NCBI GenBank assembly: GCA_038087875.1
Contig: CM075997.1
Location: 186,034 to 250,000, forward strand
DNA length: 63,967 nt
Reading direction: 5' to 3'
Source of the DNA: Malacoraja senta
Lineage: Eukaryota
Positions 1 through 13,870 of this stretch are shown here, piece after piece. A program made the translations under genes and the position numbers. The notes under the pieces are model-generated. The model made no database searches, was not told where the DNA came from, and saw nothing but the letters and a program-made list of their open reading frames with translations. Positions within the stretch are counted from its first letter, which is position 1. Every line of letters begins with the position of its first letter.

Positions 1-207
1 AAAGTGCAAATAAACAGATAATGGTCTATTAATGTTCAGAGTTTTGTCCGAGCCAAGTTTAATAGCCTGATGGCTGTGGGGAAGTAGCTATTCCTGAACC
101 TGGTCGTTGCAGTCTTCAGGCTCCTGTACCTTCTACCTGAAGGTAGCGGGGAGATGAGTGTGCGGCCAGGATGGTGTGGGTCCTTGATGATGCTGCCAGC
201 CTTTTTA

Positions 208-562
208 ACGGTTTGGACACGCTAGAGGCAGGAAACATGTTCCCGATGTTGGGGGAGTCCAGAACCGGGGGCCACAGTTTAAGAATAAGGGGTAAGCCAT
301 TTAGAACGGTGACGAGGAAACACTTTTTCTCACAGAGAGTTGTGAGTCTGTGGAATTCTCTGCCTCAGAGGGCGGTGGAGGCCGGTTCTCTGGATGCTTT
401 CAAGAGAGAGCTAGATAGGGCTCTTAAAAATAGCGGAGTCAGGGGATATGGGGAGAAGGCAGGAACGGGGTACTGATTGGGGATGATCAGCCATGATCAC
501 ATTGAATGGCGGTGCTGGCTCGAAGGGCCGAATGGCCTCCTCCTGCACCTATTGTCTATTGT
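208..562 (+). mobile_element. CR1 LINE 3' fragment
   Basis: [35 protein letters not shown]; (CTATTGT)n tail. Confidence 0.88.
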
Positions 563-2155
563 ACAAGATGCCAACCAGAATCTGAAGAAGGGTCTCGACC
601 CGAAACGTCACCCATTCCTACTCTCCAGAGATGCTGCCTGTCCCGCTGAGTTACTCCACCACTTTTCTGTCTCTTTAACCAAAATTAAATACCTACTTGT
701 TCTAACGTAGAAACAAAGACCTGCAGGCGCTGGTTAACACACAGACAAGATATAAATTAAACTTATCTCCTCTGCCTGCACATGTTGCATGATCCTTACA
801 TCCCCATTCCAAGAGTTTGGAAAGTTTTGTGGGGCTCGACAGAATTTTTTTTTTCAGTTAACTTGTGTTGGAGTGATGTAATTGAATGGATTTTTATTTT
901 GGACAATAGACAATAGGTGCAGGAGTAGGCCATTCGGCCCTTCGAGCCAGCTGTACCGAGGTACAGTGAAAAGCTTTTGTTGCGTGCTATCCAGTCAGCG
1001 GAAAGACAATACATGATTACAATCGAGCCGTCCACAGTGTACAGATACTTGATAAGGGAATAACGTTTGGTGCAAGGTAAAGCCAGCAAAGTCTGATCAA
1101 GGATAGTCCGAGGGTCACCAATGAGGTAGATAGTAGTTCAGCACTGCTCTCTGGTTGTGGTAGGATGGTTCAGTTGCCTGATAACAGCTGGGAAGAAACT
1201 GTCCCTGAATGTGGAGGTGTGCGTTTTCACACTTCTGTACCTCTTGCCCGATTGGAGAGGAGAGAAGAGGGAGTGACTGGGGTGAGACTGGTCCTTGATT
1301 ATGGTGCTGGCAGCGTGAGGTATAGATGGAGTCGATGGAAGGGAGGTTGGTTTGTGCGATGGTCTGGGCTGCGTCCACAATTTCTTGTAACCTCCCCAAC
1401 CTGTGACGTGTAAGACAGGCTAGTATCTGGGCGAGAAGTTTCTGCTACGCAGTGGTTCACCAAGTCTTTACCAAAGCCAATTCCCAACCTTAGTCACTTG
1501 GAAAAAAACAAGGACGGAGGTGTAAAGAAACCAAACTCCCCCAGGTCACAACAGATTTCTTGTTCCCGAGAACTGGTCATCACCTGAACAGTTCGCAAAG
1601 TGGGAAATGAAAGCGAGGAGGAAAAAAAAAAAAAAAGAAACCAGAGGGTTGACGGAGGAGCTGCCGGAGGAGGTACTTGAGGCAGGTACCACTGCAATGT
1701 TTAAGAAACATTTAGACAGATCCATGGGATAGGACAGGTTTGGAGGGATAGGGGCCAAATGCAGGCAGGTGGGACACCTTGTTCAGCATGGGCAAGTTGG
1801 GCCGAAGGGCCTGTTTCCATGCTGTAAGGCTGTAAGACTTGAATTTTATTCTTCCCAACTGCCCTGGTAGAATTTGAACACATCTATCTTGATCAATCGT
1901 CCAGAACTCTGACAGGTAATGACCACTATGGACGATAACTGATGCCAATTGCCTTCAGAGCTCAGACATATGTTCAGATTGAATGCTGGCTGTGCTGTTA
2001 CAAGATGTCCTTTCAGTAGGTGGTATAACAGGATGGAGCCCAAGATTTGGTAACCCATGCTGGATTATTAGTACCGTCTACAGTGCCCATACCATAGTCT
2101 GCGTTACCACGAAACGGACTCATTTAATTCATCTATACAACTCTTCCTTAACTTA

Positions 2156-2479
2156 AGGCCCTGTCCCACTTTCCCGAGTTACTCTCCCAAGTTTTCCCCT
2201 TGATTCGAACTCGGGGAATGTCGGGTAATGTCGGTAGCGAGCTCGTAGGAGCCCGTAGGAGTCCGTAGAAGTTTCGTAGAGGCTCATAATGCCAGCCATG
2301 GGAACTCGGGGCATCGGGTAAGTTGGGGCGTTTTTTCAACATGTTGAAAAATGTCCACGAGTTCTTTAAAAAATAGCCCCGAGTACCTACGAACGGCTAT
2401 TACCGTAATTCTCCAGGTTCGAATCAAGGGGAAAACTCGGGAGAGTTCGTGAGTAACTCGGGAAAGTGGGACAGGGGCT
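2156..2479. mobile_element. PIF/Harbinger-type MITE
   Basis: TIR ..CCTGTCCCACTTTCCCGAGTTACTC; 3-bp TSD TTA. Confidence 0.8.
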
Positions 2480-2786
2480 TTACAATGCAGCTTCATTCAT
2501 CGCGGTGGCACAGTGCTGCAGCCGGTAGAGCCCCTACTTCACAGTGCCAGCCAACCTGGGTTCAATTGTGCCGTGCTGTCTGTGTGGAGTTTGCACGTTC
2601 TCCCCGTCACCGTTTAGTTTCGCTTATTGCCACGTGTGCCCAGGTACAGTGAAAAGCTTTTTGTTGCGTGCTAACCAGTCAGCGGAAAGACAAGACATGA
2701 TCACAATTGAGCCGTTTACAGTCTACAGATACAGGATAAAGGGAATAACGTTTAGTGCAAGGTAAAGCCAGCAGAGTCCGATCAAG

Positions 2787-3059
2787 ATAGACAAAAATGC
2801 TGGAGGAACTCAGCTGGTGAGGCAACATCTATGGAGCGAAGGAAATAGGCAACGTTTCGGGCCGAAACCCGGAAGGGTTTCGGCCCGAAACGTTGCCTAT
2901 TTCCTTCCGGGTTTCGGCCCGAAACGTTGCCTATTTCCTTCAGGGTTTCGGCCCGAAACGTTGCCTATTTCCTTCGCTCCATAGATGCTGCTGCACCCGC
3001 TGAGTTTCTCCAGCATTTTTGTCGACCTTCCAGCATCTGCAGTTCGTTCTTGAACAGAA
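2787..3059. mobile_element. Fold-back (inverted pLTR) Penelope-derived insertion
   Basis: Inverted arms; TSD TCCGATCAAG 2777-2786 / 3060-3069. Confidence 0.8.
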
Positions 3060-3646
3060 TCCGATCAAGGATAGTCCAAGGGACATCAGACAGTATGTGT
3101 ATGTGCAAGAAAGAACTGCAGATGCTGGTAAAATCGAAGGTAGACACAAAATGCTGGAGTAACTCAGCGGGCGAGGCAGCATCTCTGGAGAGAAGGACTG
3201 GGCGACGTTTCATTCTCTCCAGAGATGTTGCCTCACCCACAGAGGAAGGGTCTCGACCCGAAACGTCACCCTTTCCTTCGCTCCAGAGATGCTGCCTGTC
3301 CCGCTGAGTTACTCCTGGAGGTAGATAGTAGCTCAGCACCGCTCTCTGGTTGTGGTAGAATGGTTCAGTTGCCTGATAACAGCTGGGAAGTAACTGCATG
3401 GGCCCAGGTTGCTCTGCTCTCCTCCACTTCCCAAAGATGTGGGCGTTGATAACTTTATTGTCCCCAGTGTGTAGGTGAATGGTAGAACCCAAGGGTGTTG
3501 GTGGGAGTGTGGGGACAAGCAGGTGGGATTAGTGTGTGATCTGTGATTATAGTCGGTGTGTACTCGATGGGCTGAAGGGCCTGTTTCCATGTTCCACACA
3601 GACAGCACCCAAGGTCAGAATCAAACCTGTTTTCTGGCGCTGCGAG

Positions 3647-4163
3647 TAGGGTCACCAACTTTCCCACTCCCAACTAATGGACAAAATACGGGACAAATTC
3701 CCGACGGCAATTCTTTGACCGACTCGGCCGTGGCTGGGTGGGTGAATGATGAGTTGGCCCCGGGTGCTGGACTGCACACAAAGCCCAGCCGGCGGGCCAG
3801 CTGAGGAGTTTTGGCCCGCGGGCAAAGTCCGGCCACCCCATCCAACTCGTGAACCGATGATCGGCCGTGAGAAGGAGGGGCGGTGGTGGTGTCGGCAGTC
3901 AGCGAAGGTCCGAAGGTCGGACAGCTGGCCGGGCTGCCGACCAACCGACGGGGCCACGGGCGAGGCGCTGCTGCTGCACTCCATGGGCTGCACTACGTCG
4001 GGACGGGTGAGGCGGGGCCGGACGCAGCGCTCCGACCCGACAGTCCCCTCGACCCGAGTAGTAGCAGTCAAATACGGGACAAGGGCGGTCCCGTACGGGA
4101 CAAACCAATTTAGCCCAATATATACGGGATGTCCTGGCTAATACGGGACAGTTGCCAACTCTT
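3647..4163. mobile_element. Non-autonomous hAT (Tip100-like) element inserted in a V-SINE
   Basis: Degenerate TIRs TAGGGTCACCAACT / AGTTGCCAACTCTT; 8-bp TSD GCTGCGAG/GCTGTGAG; subterminal TACGGGAC repeats. Confidence 0.7.
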
Positions 4164-4761
4164 GCTGTGAGGCAGCAGCCCTACGCAGCTGTGGCACCGT
4201 GCACCCTGTCTCTAAAATTCAAGCAGCTGAGGTGAGATATCAGCAGGGAATTGTCAGACTGTGACACTCCACAACGTTGCTGCCATCTCAGGAAGTCAAC
4301 AATATTTTTTCCTGGATTTTAAAAAGTGTCAGAAATGAAAGAGTTTCAAGACCAATAAAATAATTTCTCCCCCAGAGGATGTTGAATTTGGGATTGGTTG
4401 TGGAGATTCTAGCACCGCATATATTCAAGGCACAGATGATCAGTAAGGGTTAGTGCAGGAAAGAGGCACTAACATAAAAGATAAGCCGTGATCGTATTGA
4501 ATGTTAGGTGTATGCACGTGGGAACAAATGGCCTTCTGTAGAGTTGCTGCCTCACAGCACCAGAGCCCTGTGTTTGATCCCGACTACAGGTGCTGTCTGT
4601 ACGGTGTTTGTACCTTCTCCCTTTGAACGTGTAGTTTTCTCCGGGTGGGATTTCTCCGGGTGCTCCGGTTTCCTCCCACGTCCCAAAGACGTGCAGGTTT
4701 GTAGGTGAATCGCCTGTAACTTACCGTAACGCACCCTTGGAAACCGCTGTTGTTAGTCCAA

Positions 4762-5074
4762 GTGTTTAAGAAAGAACTGCAGATGCTGGAAAATCAAAGG
4801 TAGGCAAAAGTGCTGGAGAAACTCAGCGGGTGCAGCAGCATCTATGGAGCGAAGGAAATAGGCAACGTTTCAGGCCGAAACCCTGAAGGAAATAGGCAAC
4901 GTTTCAGGCCGAAACCCTGAAGGAAATAGGCAACGTTTCAGGCCGAAACCCTGAAGGAAATAGGCAACGTTTCGGGCCGAAACCCTTCCGGGTTTCGGCC
5001 CGAAACGTTGCCTATTTCCTTCGCTCCATAGATGCTGCTGCACCCGCTGAGATTCTCCAGCATTTTTGCCTACG
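4762..5074. mobile_element. Fold-back Penelope-derived insertion with internal 34-bp tandem repeats
   Basis: TSD TGTTGTTAGTCCAA 4748-4761 / 5075-5088; unit GAAGGAAATAGGCAACGTTTCAGGCCGAAACCCT about 4 copies. Confidence 0.85.
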
Positions 5075-7779
5075 TGTTGTTAGTCCAACACATCAATAGC
5101 TGGGAAATATTCCTGCCACAGATGCCTCAGCTTGGCAGGGGAGGACACAAAATACTGGAGCAACTCAGAGGGTCACACAGCATCTCTGGAGAAAAGGGCT
5201 AGGTGAACATGTTGAACATTTTCATCCACCTGCTGCGACTATGACGGGTGCCGGCAAGTCGCCGGAAAAAAATCGCGTAAGTGGGACAGGCCCACTAGTT
5301 CACATCAACCTGCACAAGTGCCCTGTGTGTGTGTGTTTTTTTTTTGTTTACAACATATAGCCACTGGCACTTTTCTTTTTAATTCACTACCTTGAGATGC
5401 CAGGAATAGAATGGAGGGGTTACTCAACCACTTTGTGAGAGAAGACAGGAAGGGAAGGAAAGTTTTAAGATGTACCTATTTTATCTCGGGTAGACAAAAA
5501 TGCTGGAGTACCTCAGCGGGTGAGGCAGCATCCATGGAGCGAAGGAATAGGTGACGTTTCGGGTCGAGACCCTTCTTCAGACTGTAATATAGTGGAGGGG
5601 AGAGATTGTCCTCCCTTCTCCTCTCCTCTCCGTAGAGTTGGAGGGAAGGGGGAATCACTCATTTTATATCTAATATTGTCTACTGCTTACGAAGCATTAA
5701 CTTTGTTTTTCACTTCCTCTCTCCATCGACCCGCTGAGCATTTGCAGCAGAATCCGTTTTTTGAATCGCGAAACAATTTTGATTCTGGGCTGGAGTTTGA
5801 CAAGAGCTCTCTTCACTAAAAGGGTTAATAGATGACCGAGTCCGTGGGGTTCCCAAGTCACGAACCTAAGCCCTAAGCCCCTTCAATGGACAGCCTGCGT
5901 TTCAGATCCCAACCCCCTTTACTTGGCTTGCTGGAGTTCTCTGTTCTTGACAGTCGTAAAAAAAATAAATCAAATTATTAAACTACCCTGGTGGGACTAG
6001 AATTCTGAATTAATCCAAGCTGCTAGGATACTACGTAACTTGCCCAGTGACATAACCACTCATGCATTTATCACCTTGCAGATATATAGCAGTTCACAGG
6101 CCATTGAACCCTATTAGCCCCTTCTCCATCACCATGTGTCCCACTCTATGGCTTTTAGCTCTCGTTTTCAATCTTGCTGTCTGGTCACATTAAACACATC
6201 TCTTATCATCTACTGTTCCGCTGATGGGAGAGGTCACACACTACAGAAGAGTAATTCATCTCCTTTCAGACGCTGAGAACCAGTTTCCTCCCTCCTTCCT
6301 CACACACAACTACTTTTCCCCTTTTCCCCTTCACCCCCTCTCCCCACCACATTTTTGATTCCCCACCCCCCCCCCTTCTCTCTTCCCCACGTACTCCTAA
6401 TAATGTACCAAAGATCCTGTACAAATTTCCTCCCATTTAGGGCAAGGATTCGCTGAACCATCTCCGGCTTCTGAACCTGCCCGATTATTCCGGAGGTGGG
6501 AAAACCAGAGGGTTTTTATTTTTCTTTCCCCCCGTAGTAAACGTATCCATCCATCCTTCTGACTCCTCAGACAGTTGCATCCTCCAGTGAATCAGACTGG
6601 AGCCCAGGCGAGGAAGCAACACCTCATCTACACTCACGCAATGAGTTTGAAGAAACGATTTAAAGGCGCACTCACCCATCTTGTGACGGTGGTCTGCTGG
6701 ATGAGATCCGTGGCCTGATTCACCTGGTGCAGGAGCAGCATGCATTACTGGGGCCACCTCCATGTAAACAGCATTAGACCGGTGCAATAATGAGCCTCCT
6801 CTCAGGGAGCGCAGGTTTCTCACACATCGTTGCCATGCACTCACTGGCTCCAGCCCAAATTTCGCATTAGATGTAATGAAGAACAACAGACAGCATAGTC
6901 TCCTTAAAACGGCAGCATTTATTGTATTGCCTTGATCAAATAATAATTCACTTTTGAAAATACCTGAAGCTGACGACTTACAGCAAAACAATTGCTGGAA
7001 AGTACTGCATCAGCTGTTTGTACAACTCACAAGGACACGGTAACTAGATAGTGACAAACGCAATCGCATCAGGAGCAAGCTGTACAGTTTACGTCATTGA
7101 TACGACACACAATCCCACCAACATCTGACACCAGGCAGTAATTGGAATGATTGATTGGAACTCATCCACCAGGAGAGATCGGGGACACACACACACACTT
7201 CAGCATGTGTGCGCATCTGGGCATGCATTAACTCATTCCTGACACAGTCGTCTCCTCCCTCCCTCCCTCCCCTACCCATCCCCGCCCTCCCCCATCTCAC
7301 AACCACAGCAACACCACAATACCATCTGCTGTCTTTGCGGGACCAGCTACTAGGGCAGACTAGCAGCGTAAGAGTGAAGCACTGATTCATGATCAAAGTA
7401 AAACACCTTTATCCTGAAGTGTGGTTGCTCCCCATGCCAATTGAGTCTAGAAGGTAGGCTATGCAATCTGGTTGATATGCGCGGTCAAATCGCTTTTAAA
7501 GTCAGCGCAAAATCGCTAAACTATCACAACATTAGGCGATTTTTCAGGCAACTGCCAACGACTGTTAAGTCGTAGCAAGTCGCTGAAAAAACGGTGACTG
7601 GAACGGCGACTGTCACAGTGGAACACACATGCACACACACACATCGCTTCCTTCACCAGCCTGCTATACAGGTGGGGGACAGGGCAAGCGGGGGAGCACT
7701 GTCTGAGTGAAATTCACACGGTGCAAAGCCAATGTGATACAGACACACGCCGCGATGAACAGGAAGGTTGGCGCTGTAA

Positions 7780-8307
7780 AGGGACTGTCCCACTGCGGTG
7801 ACCTAATCCGCCAGTTCAAAAGAGTTTGCCCTTGACTCATACTCGCAGCATGGTCGACATGAGGTCCCAGGAGGTCTTTGTAACTCTCCTTCATGCTCGA
7901 GAGTAGTCCCCACGTACTCGAGGCCTCAGCTAGGTCGCGGCGTATTTTTCGACATGCTGAAAAATGGCCGCAAGTAAAAAAAGGTTGCCATGGAAAAAAA
8001 AAAAAACTATACTTTTTTTATTCGTAGGTTTACTCGAAGTAGGTCGGCATGTTATTCGTAGGTAATCGAGGGTAGTCGAAGGTAGTCGTAGATAGTCTTC
8101 AACATAGTCGAAGGGAGGTCGAAGGAGATCAAAGGAGGTCGTCTTCACTCTCCACTATTCGGTGTCCCATTTCCCCGAAGTTAGTCAAAGCTAGTCTTCA
8201 ACATAGTTGAAGGAGGTCTTCAACATAGTTGAAGGAAGTCTTCAACATGACATTTTTTCAAACTCTCCTAAACTCGCCAATTAGGTTGCCGCAGTGGGAC
8301 AGCCCCT
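7780..8307. mobile_element. PIF/Harbinger-type MITE nested in a larger related element (about 7500-8817)
   Basis: TIR AGGG-CTGTCCCACTGCGG; TSD TAA; outer right TIR GTGGGACAGGCCCA at about 8804-8817. Confidence 0.75.
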
Positions 8308-10065
8308 TAAGTAAGACGGTGAAAGCACAGTGTACGGGAAGGGTCACGTAAGTCCTTTAAAACAGGGGGGGGGGGGCAGGAGGGAGTAGAGGGGGGGTGG
8401 TGGAGAGAAGAAGTGGAGACAACTTTTAAGAAGCCAGAGATACACGGCTATGAAGCTCGGCGGACGTTAACATTACCGGTCGGTTATCCTTGCTTCTGAA
8501 AACTACTGTGTACGTTTTTTTCCCCCCACGAGCCAATGAAATTCACTGGTCAGCACTGGCGACAACCTACGACCACCTGGCGACCCACTACCACTGCCCC
8601 TACGTCACGAGAATTCCCGCTACTCTCCATGGCGTCAAAATTCTGGTCGACGCTAATGTTTCAACAGCGGCGACCAGAATGAAGCCGCGACTAGTTACGA
8701 GAATGCGGGTACTACTCACCACCATGCAGGCGACACCCCGGCAAACTCTGGCGTAGATGTGGCGACCTCATAGTCTTCTGTAGTCGCCTAAAAGGTCGCG
8801 TAAGTGGGACAGGCCCATTACCATGGGAGCATTAGCAAAAACACTGACAAAGATGCATATATTAGTACGGAGTCTTGTGATACATATCACTGTACCTCAG
8901 TACACGTGACAATAAACTAAACTGAACTGGGATAAATTGCAGATTTGATGAAATATCTAAAAAATAAGAGTTAGAGGGCATTAGGCAAGGAAGTCCAGTG
9001 CTTGGACCCTTGCCAGCTGAATGTACATCTGACACTGTTGTCCAAACTCCCCTCAATTCTACAAAACCAGCATCAAATCTGACCAAGTCTGAAGGAGGAT
9101 CCTGATCCAAAACAGCGCCCATCCATGTCCTCCAGAGATGCTTCCCGAGGTACTCCAGCACCGTGTTCCATGCAAGATTCCAGCAGTTCCTTGTGTCACC
9201 AAATCTGTTCACAGCCCTCCCACCTTAATGCGTGGGAAGCCACAACCATTTCAATCACTCTTGCTTACTTGTCCAAGGAACAGTGAGAAGATAGCTAGAT
9301 TTGGCAAGAAGTTAAGAAAAAGCAGCTTACAAGCAATTAAGTGGAATCTATATTGGTCCATTATAGGAATATGGTAAAATTCCAATACAGGTCCTCCCCT
9401 GGATTTGGGCAAGTGGGACTCGCTTAGATGGGGCATCTTGGTCAGCATGGTCAAGTTGGGCCGAAGGGCCTTTTCCGTGCTGTACGACTATGACTATCTC
9501 TTCGTAATCAGAACAGTTCACGTTGAAAGTGTGGCCTTATGGAAATATGCGTAAATGAAAACAGAGAGCAGCACTATAACCAGGGTGTTTAACTCCGCCA
9601 TTCATCTCCAGGCAGCATCTCTGGGGAGCAGGGACAGACAACATTTCAGGTGGGGACCCTTGTTCGGACAGGTGAAGTCTGAAGAAGGGTCCCAACCTGA
9701 AACGGCATCTATCCAACAAATGGAGCTGCCATCTATGCTTCCTCATCTCTCCTAGTAACGTGCTCAGAAATATTCTTCACTGTAAGAAACAGTAGACAAG
9801 TGCACTAACAATATCGACATCCCACTTCATGCTTGTTGGATCTGCCCTGGACCCAAGATGATATTTGCAATCAATTTACAAAGCTTTTTCAATCACACAC
9901 CTGTCACCTGAACTGATGTTTAGTGTAAAGATACGGTTTACTCAGATACGAAACATGTGACCTTGTCTTCAATGTACATTGAAATTCAGTTGCAGGATCA
10001 AGGTCACCAGCAAAGCCAGCATATATCATGTTCTCCAGAGATTTTGCCTAACCTGCTGAGAGTTA

Positions 10066-10362
10066 AGGGCTTGTCCCACTGTACGAGGCAATTCAAGAGT
10101 TCTCCTGAGTTTCCCCTGATTCGAACTTGGAGAATTACGGTAATGGCCGCTCGTAGGTACTCGGGGCTCTCGTGGACATTTTTCATCCTGTTGAAAAATC
10201 TTCACGAGCTTACCGCGTTTCCCAAGTACCTGCCGTTAGCGTTACGAGCCGCTAAGAGACGACCCGAGCTCCGACGTACCCGCTACGTACTAACCACGAG
10301 TTTGATTTTTTTTTTTAACTCAGGAGAGGCCTTGAATTACCTCGTACAGTGGGAGAGGCCCT
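10066..10362. mobile_element. PIF/Harbinger-type MITE
   Basis: TIRs; TSD TTA; splits the pLTR motif gag-TTA-ctccagc. Confidence 0.8.
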
Positions 10363-11493
10363 TTACTCCAGCACTTTGTGTCTTTTATTGTAAGTCAACA
10401 TCTGCAGTTCCTTACATCTCCAAGTGTTATCCATTCCTAGTTAATACAGAACATCAAACAATACTGAACAGGAACTAACCCTTCGCCCCATAGTCAGTGT
10501 AGTTTATTGTCACGTGTACCGAGGTACAGTGAAAAACATTTGCTGCGCGCTATCCAGTCAGCAGAAAGACAATATGTGATTACAATCAAGCCATTCAGTG
10601 TACAGATACATGATAAGGCAGTGTTTAAGAAAGAACTGCAGATGCTGGAAAAGTCGAAGGCAGACAAAAATGCTGGAGAAACTCAGCGGGTAAGGCAGCA
10701 TCTATGGAGTGAAGGAATAGGCGACGTTTCGGGTCGAGACCCTTCTTCAGTCTGAGGTCGGGTGGGGGGAACGGGAAATGAAAGGAAAAGGCTGAGACAG
10801 TAGGCTAGCGGGAGAGCTGGGAAGGGGAGGGGAAGGAGGGAGAAAGCATTTCTTTGATCAGCCTCTGCTTTGAACTGTCATTTTCACACCTTACCCTTCC
10901 TTATCTCTAGACTCCCTCTCCCCTGACTCCCAGTCTGAGGAAGGGTCTCGACCCGAAACGTCACCCATTCCTTCTCTCCAGAGGTGCTGCCTGTCCCGCT
11001 GAGTTACTCCAGTATTTAGTGTCTATGCACGGTGAATAGGAATCACTGGCACATTCATTGTTGAATTCCAAAAACCACAGACAATTGTGCTGGAATTCGC
11101 CAGTGTCACACACAGTACGTACTCCCACAAACTGAGGCCCAGCACAGGACTGGAGAGCCTTTTGATGGGTGAAGCAAATTAAATGAATTCGATTAAAAAA
11201 GTTAATTCATTCTTAGTGATTACAGATATTATAAATGTATTTAACAGAAAGCAATTATGACAATTTAAAATGTTTCTGCACATCAAACACTTTGGAATCA
11301 AAGCGGCCAAACAAAATGTTGAGACTGTGCACACACCCTCCCATAGTCTTACCCCCTCCCTGATGGGGTTACAGCAAGTGGGGGTGGGGGGGTATGGGTT
11401 CTGACACTATGGTATACCAGCATCTCTAAAAACTAGATTCTCACATTTTTAATTACAAGATTAAAGTTTAAAAAATAAAATGTACTAATTAAA

Positions 11494-12119
11494 TACTAAC
11501 TTACTTACTGCCTATTCTGCCTCCTGGCATGTAGGGCAGCAACGAAGGGCCTCCACTCCACTCTGTTCTGGGCTAGCTTCTGGACGCTACCCCAGGTCAG
11601 GTCCATTGTTTTCATTTCCTTCTCTACAGTTCGACGCCAGGTGGTTTTGGGACTCCCTCTTTTCCTTTTCCCTTCCGGTGTCCAGTGCAGGGCTATTCTT
11701 GGGATGCTGTCTGGTTCTCTTCTCAGTATATGGCCAATCCAGCCCCTTCTCATGGTGCCTAGTCTTGTGTTTGGCAATTAGAACTTCCACCTTCCTGCCA
11801 GTGGCTTGTTTTCGGCTTTCACCATTGACATTCATCCCAGCATCTGTCGATAGCCCTGGAAGTCCATCACGCCCAGTAGTGTCGATTCCTTCAGTTGCTG
11901 TTTCCGTAACATATTTGATTTACCAGACAGGGTTGTTAGCCCTGTGCTCAACCTCCAACCTGGAGGACCAGTGGATAGCTCTTCCTCTCGCCTCTACCCT
12001 TCCACCTGTCCAGCATGGGAGACCCTAACAGGAGACGAATCTCCCGCTGGCGTAGCTCTAGGGGTAACTGAGACACACAAGCTCCCCGACCACGACAAGG
12101 TTGCAATCCTACGGGGAGT
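11494..12119 (-). mobile_element. Internally deleted (5'+3' bimodular) RTE-clade LINE derivative
   Basis: ORF 11505-11777 ends in WIGHILR...W-TPEGKRKRG-PKTTWRRTV...AQNR-EWR, an RTE C-terminus; (TAAG)n tail; 5' UTR-like part; candidate TSD CTAATTAAA 11485-11493 / 12120-12128. Confidence 0.8.
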
Positions 12120-13870
12120 CTAATTAAAATGTTCATGTTAAACTCTATCGTGTATTGTGTTCTTTTCATTCGTATGGCTGTATGGTAACTCAAATCTCAC
12201 TGTACCAAATGGCGCATGTGACAATGAATTTGAACTTGAACTTGGCGATCAGGCACGGAAACACCTTATAGGATGACAATGAGCCATAGACACAGATGAA
12301 CGATATGCATACTGGCAATAGACACAAAATGCTGGAGCAACTCAGCGGGTCAGGCAGCATCTCTGGAGAGAAGGAATGGGTGACGTTTCTGGTCGAGACC
12401 CTTCAGACTGAGACACCACACCTGCACAGGTAAAAGGTGTGCACGGTCTACATGAACGGCTACTAGTTCTAGCACAGTGCCTCAGCAGCAGGAAGCCCAA
12501 GACCTTTCAACGCCATAGGCTTTCTGCTAATCGTGAGGTTAACTTGTCCTCCACCTCCAGCCATAGAACATTGCAACGTTTAAGAAACAATTAGACCGGT
12601 ACATGGATAGGACAGGTTTACAGGGATATGGGCCAAACGCAGGCAGGTGGGACTGGGACATGTTGGTCGGTGTGGGCAAGTTGGGCTGAAGGGCCTGTTT
12701 CCACGCTGTATGGCTCAATGAGGAGGACATTTGGCCCTTCACCTCTGCTCTACCAATCAATACAATGATCCTCTTATCTCAATGCCCCATGCTTCTTCTC
12801 TCTCCATGCTCCTTCATGTGCCAAGAAGTCCATCTACCTCTCTCTTAACTTTCATTTCTTCTGTCTGGGCAAACAGCCAAATCCAGTCCAATTTGCCATT
12901 GGGATGGGGCCAAGAAGAATGCTGGTCAGGTCCTCTCATAGTGGGCGTGCCGACAGAAATGCAATCTACCAGTTCGTAGCAATAGGTCTTGCAATGCACC
13001 ACTGTTGTCAGCATTCGTTAATATCTACAGTTCCCACTCATTGACCTACACCAGGATCACAAGGTCCAGTTACCCTCATCTTAGACCCAGGAGGCAATGA
13101 ACCTTCTTGTATCGGCGATGTGACACAGGGTGCAGCTTTTCAGTCAAATCAGTTCGTCTCTTCCCAAGATCCCAGGGCACAGCAGGGTGGCGCAGCAGTA
13201 GAGTTGCTGCCTCACAGCGCCAGAGACCCTAGTTCTCTATGGGCTGTCTGTACAGAATTTGTACGTTCTCACCGTGACTTTTTCCCGGTGCTCCGGTTTC
13301 CTTCCACACTCCAAAGACGTACAGGTTTGTAGGTCAAGTGTACAGGGTGAGAGCTGGTCAGTATGGACTCGGTGGGCTGAAGGACTTGTTTCTGCGCTGT
13401 ATCTCTAAAGTCTAAAAGTCTTAAAGATTGTTGTAAGCCTTTTGTGCTCCCTCTCCAGCGCCTCTATATCCTTCATGTAATACATTAGCCGGAGCAGTGC
13501 CCTAGGTGTGATCTAACGAATGTTGCTCATTATTCAGAAATAAAACAGTAGCAATAAAGCTTCTCAACACAATCAGGAGGAGAATATGTACAAATGTTTA
13601 TTATTTCACTGAAGAAGGGTCCAGACCTGAAACTATTCCCACCACAGATTCTGCCTGACCTACCGAGTTCCTCCAACACTTTGTGATTTGACTAACCAGC
13701 CTGACTGGACAAGGCTCAGTAACCCCCAAGATGGGAGCCGGAGATGCAAGACTTAACCAAGCCTCAATCTACTTGAAGCCGCACAAAAGGTGTGAAAAGC
13801 ACAAGGGTGATATAACCCTCTTGAACTTTGCCATCCAGACTGGATACAAAAAAGGACCCAGTTTGATCAT

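Noticed and set aside
4852..4985. 34-bp direct repeats with an internal hairpin (CRISPR-like), also near 62250-62380
   Set aside because: No unique spacers, vertebrate context, and the units are Penelope pLTR sequence.
6485..6991. 168-aa minus-strand ORF as a candidate FBXO46 or novel gene
   Set aside because: Non-ATG start, no recognisable domain, no resemblance to recalled FBXO46 motifs.
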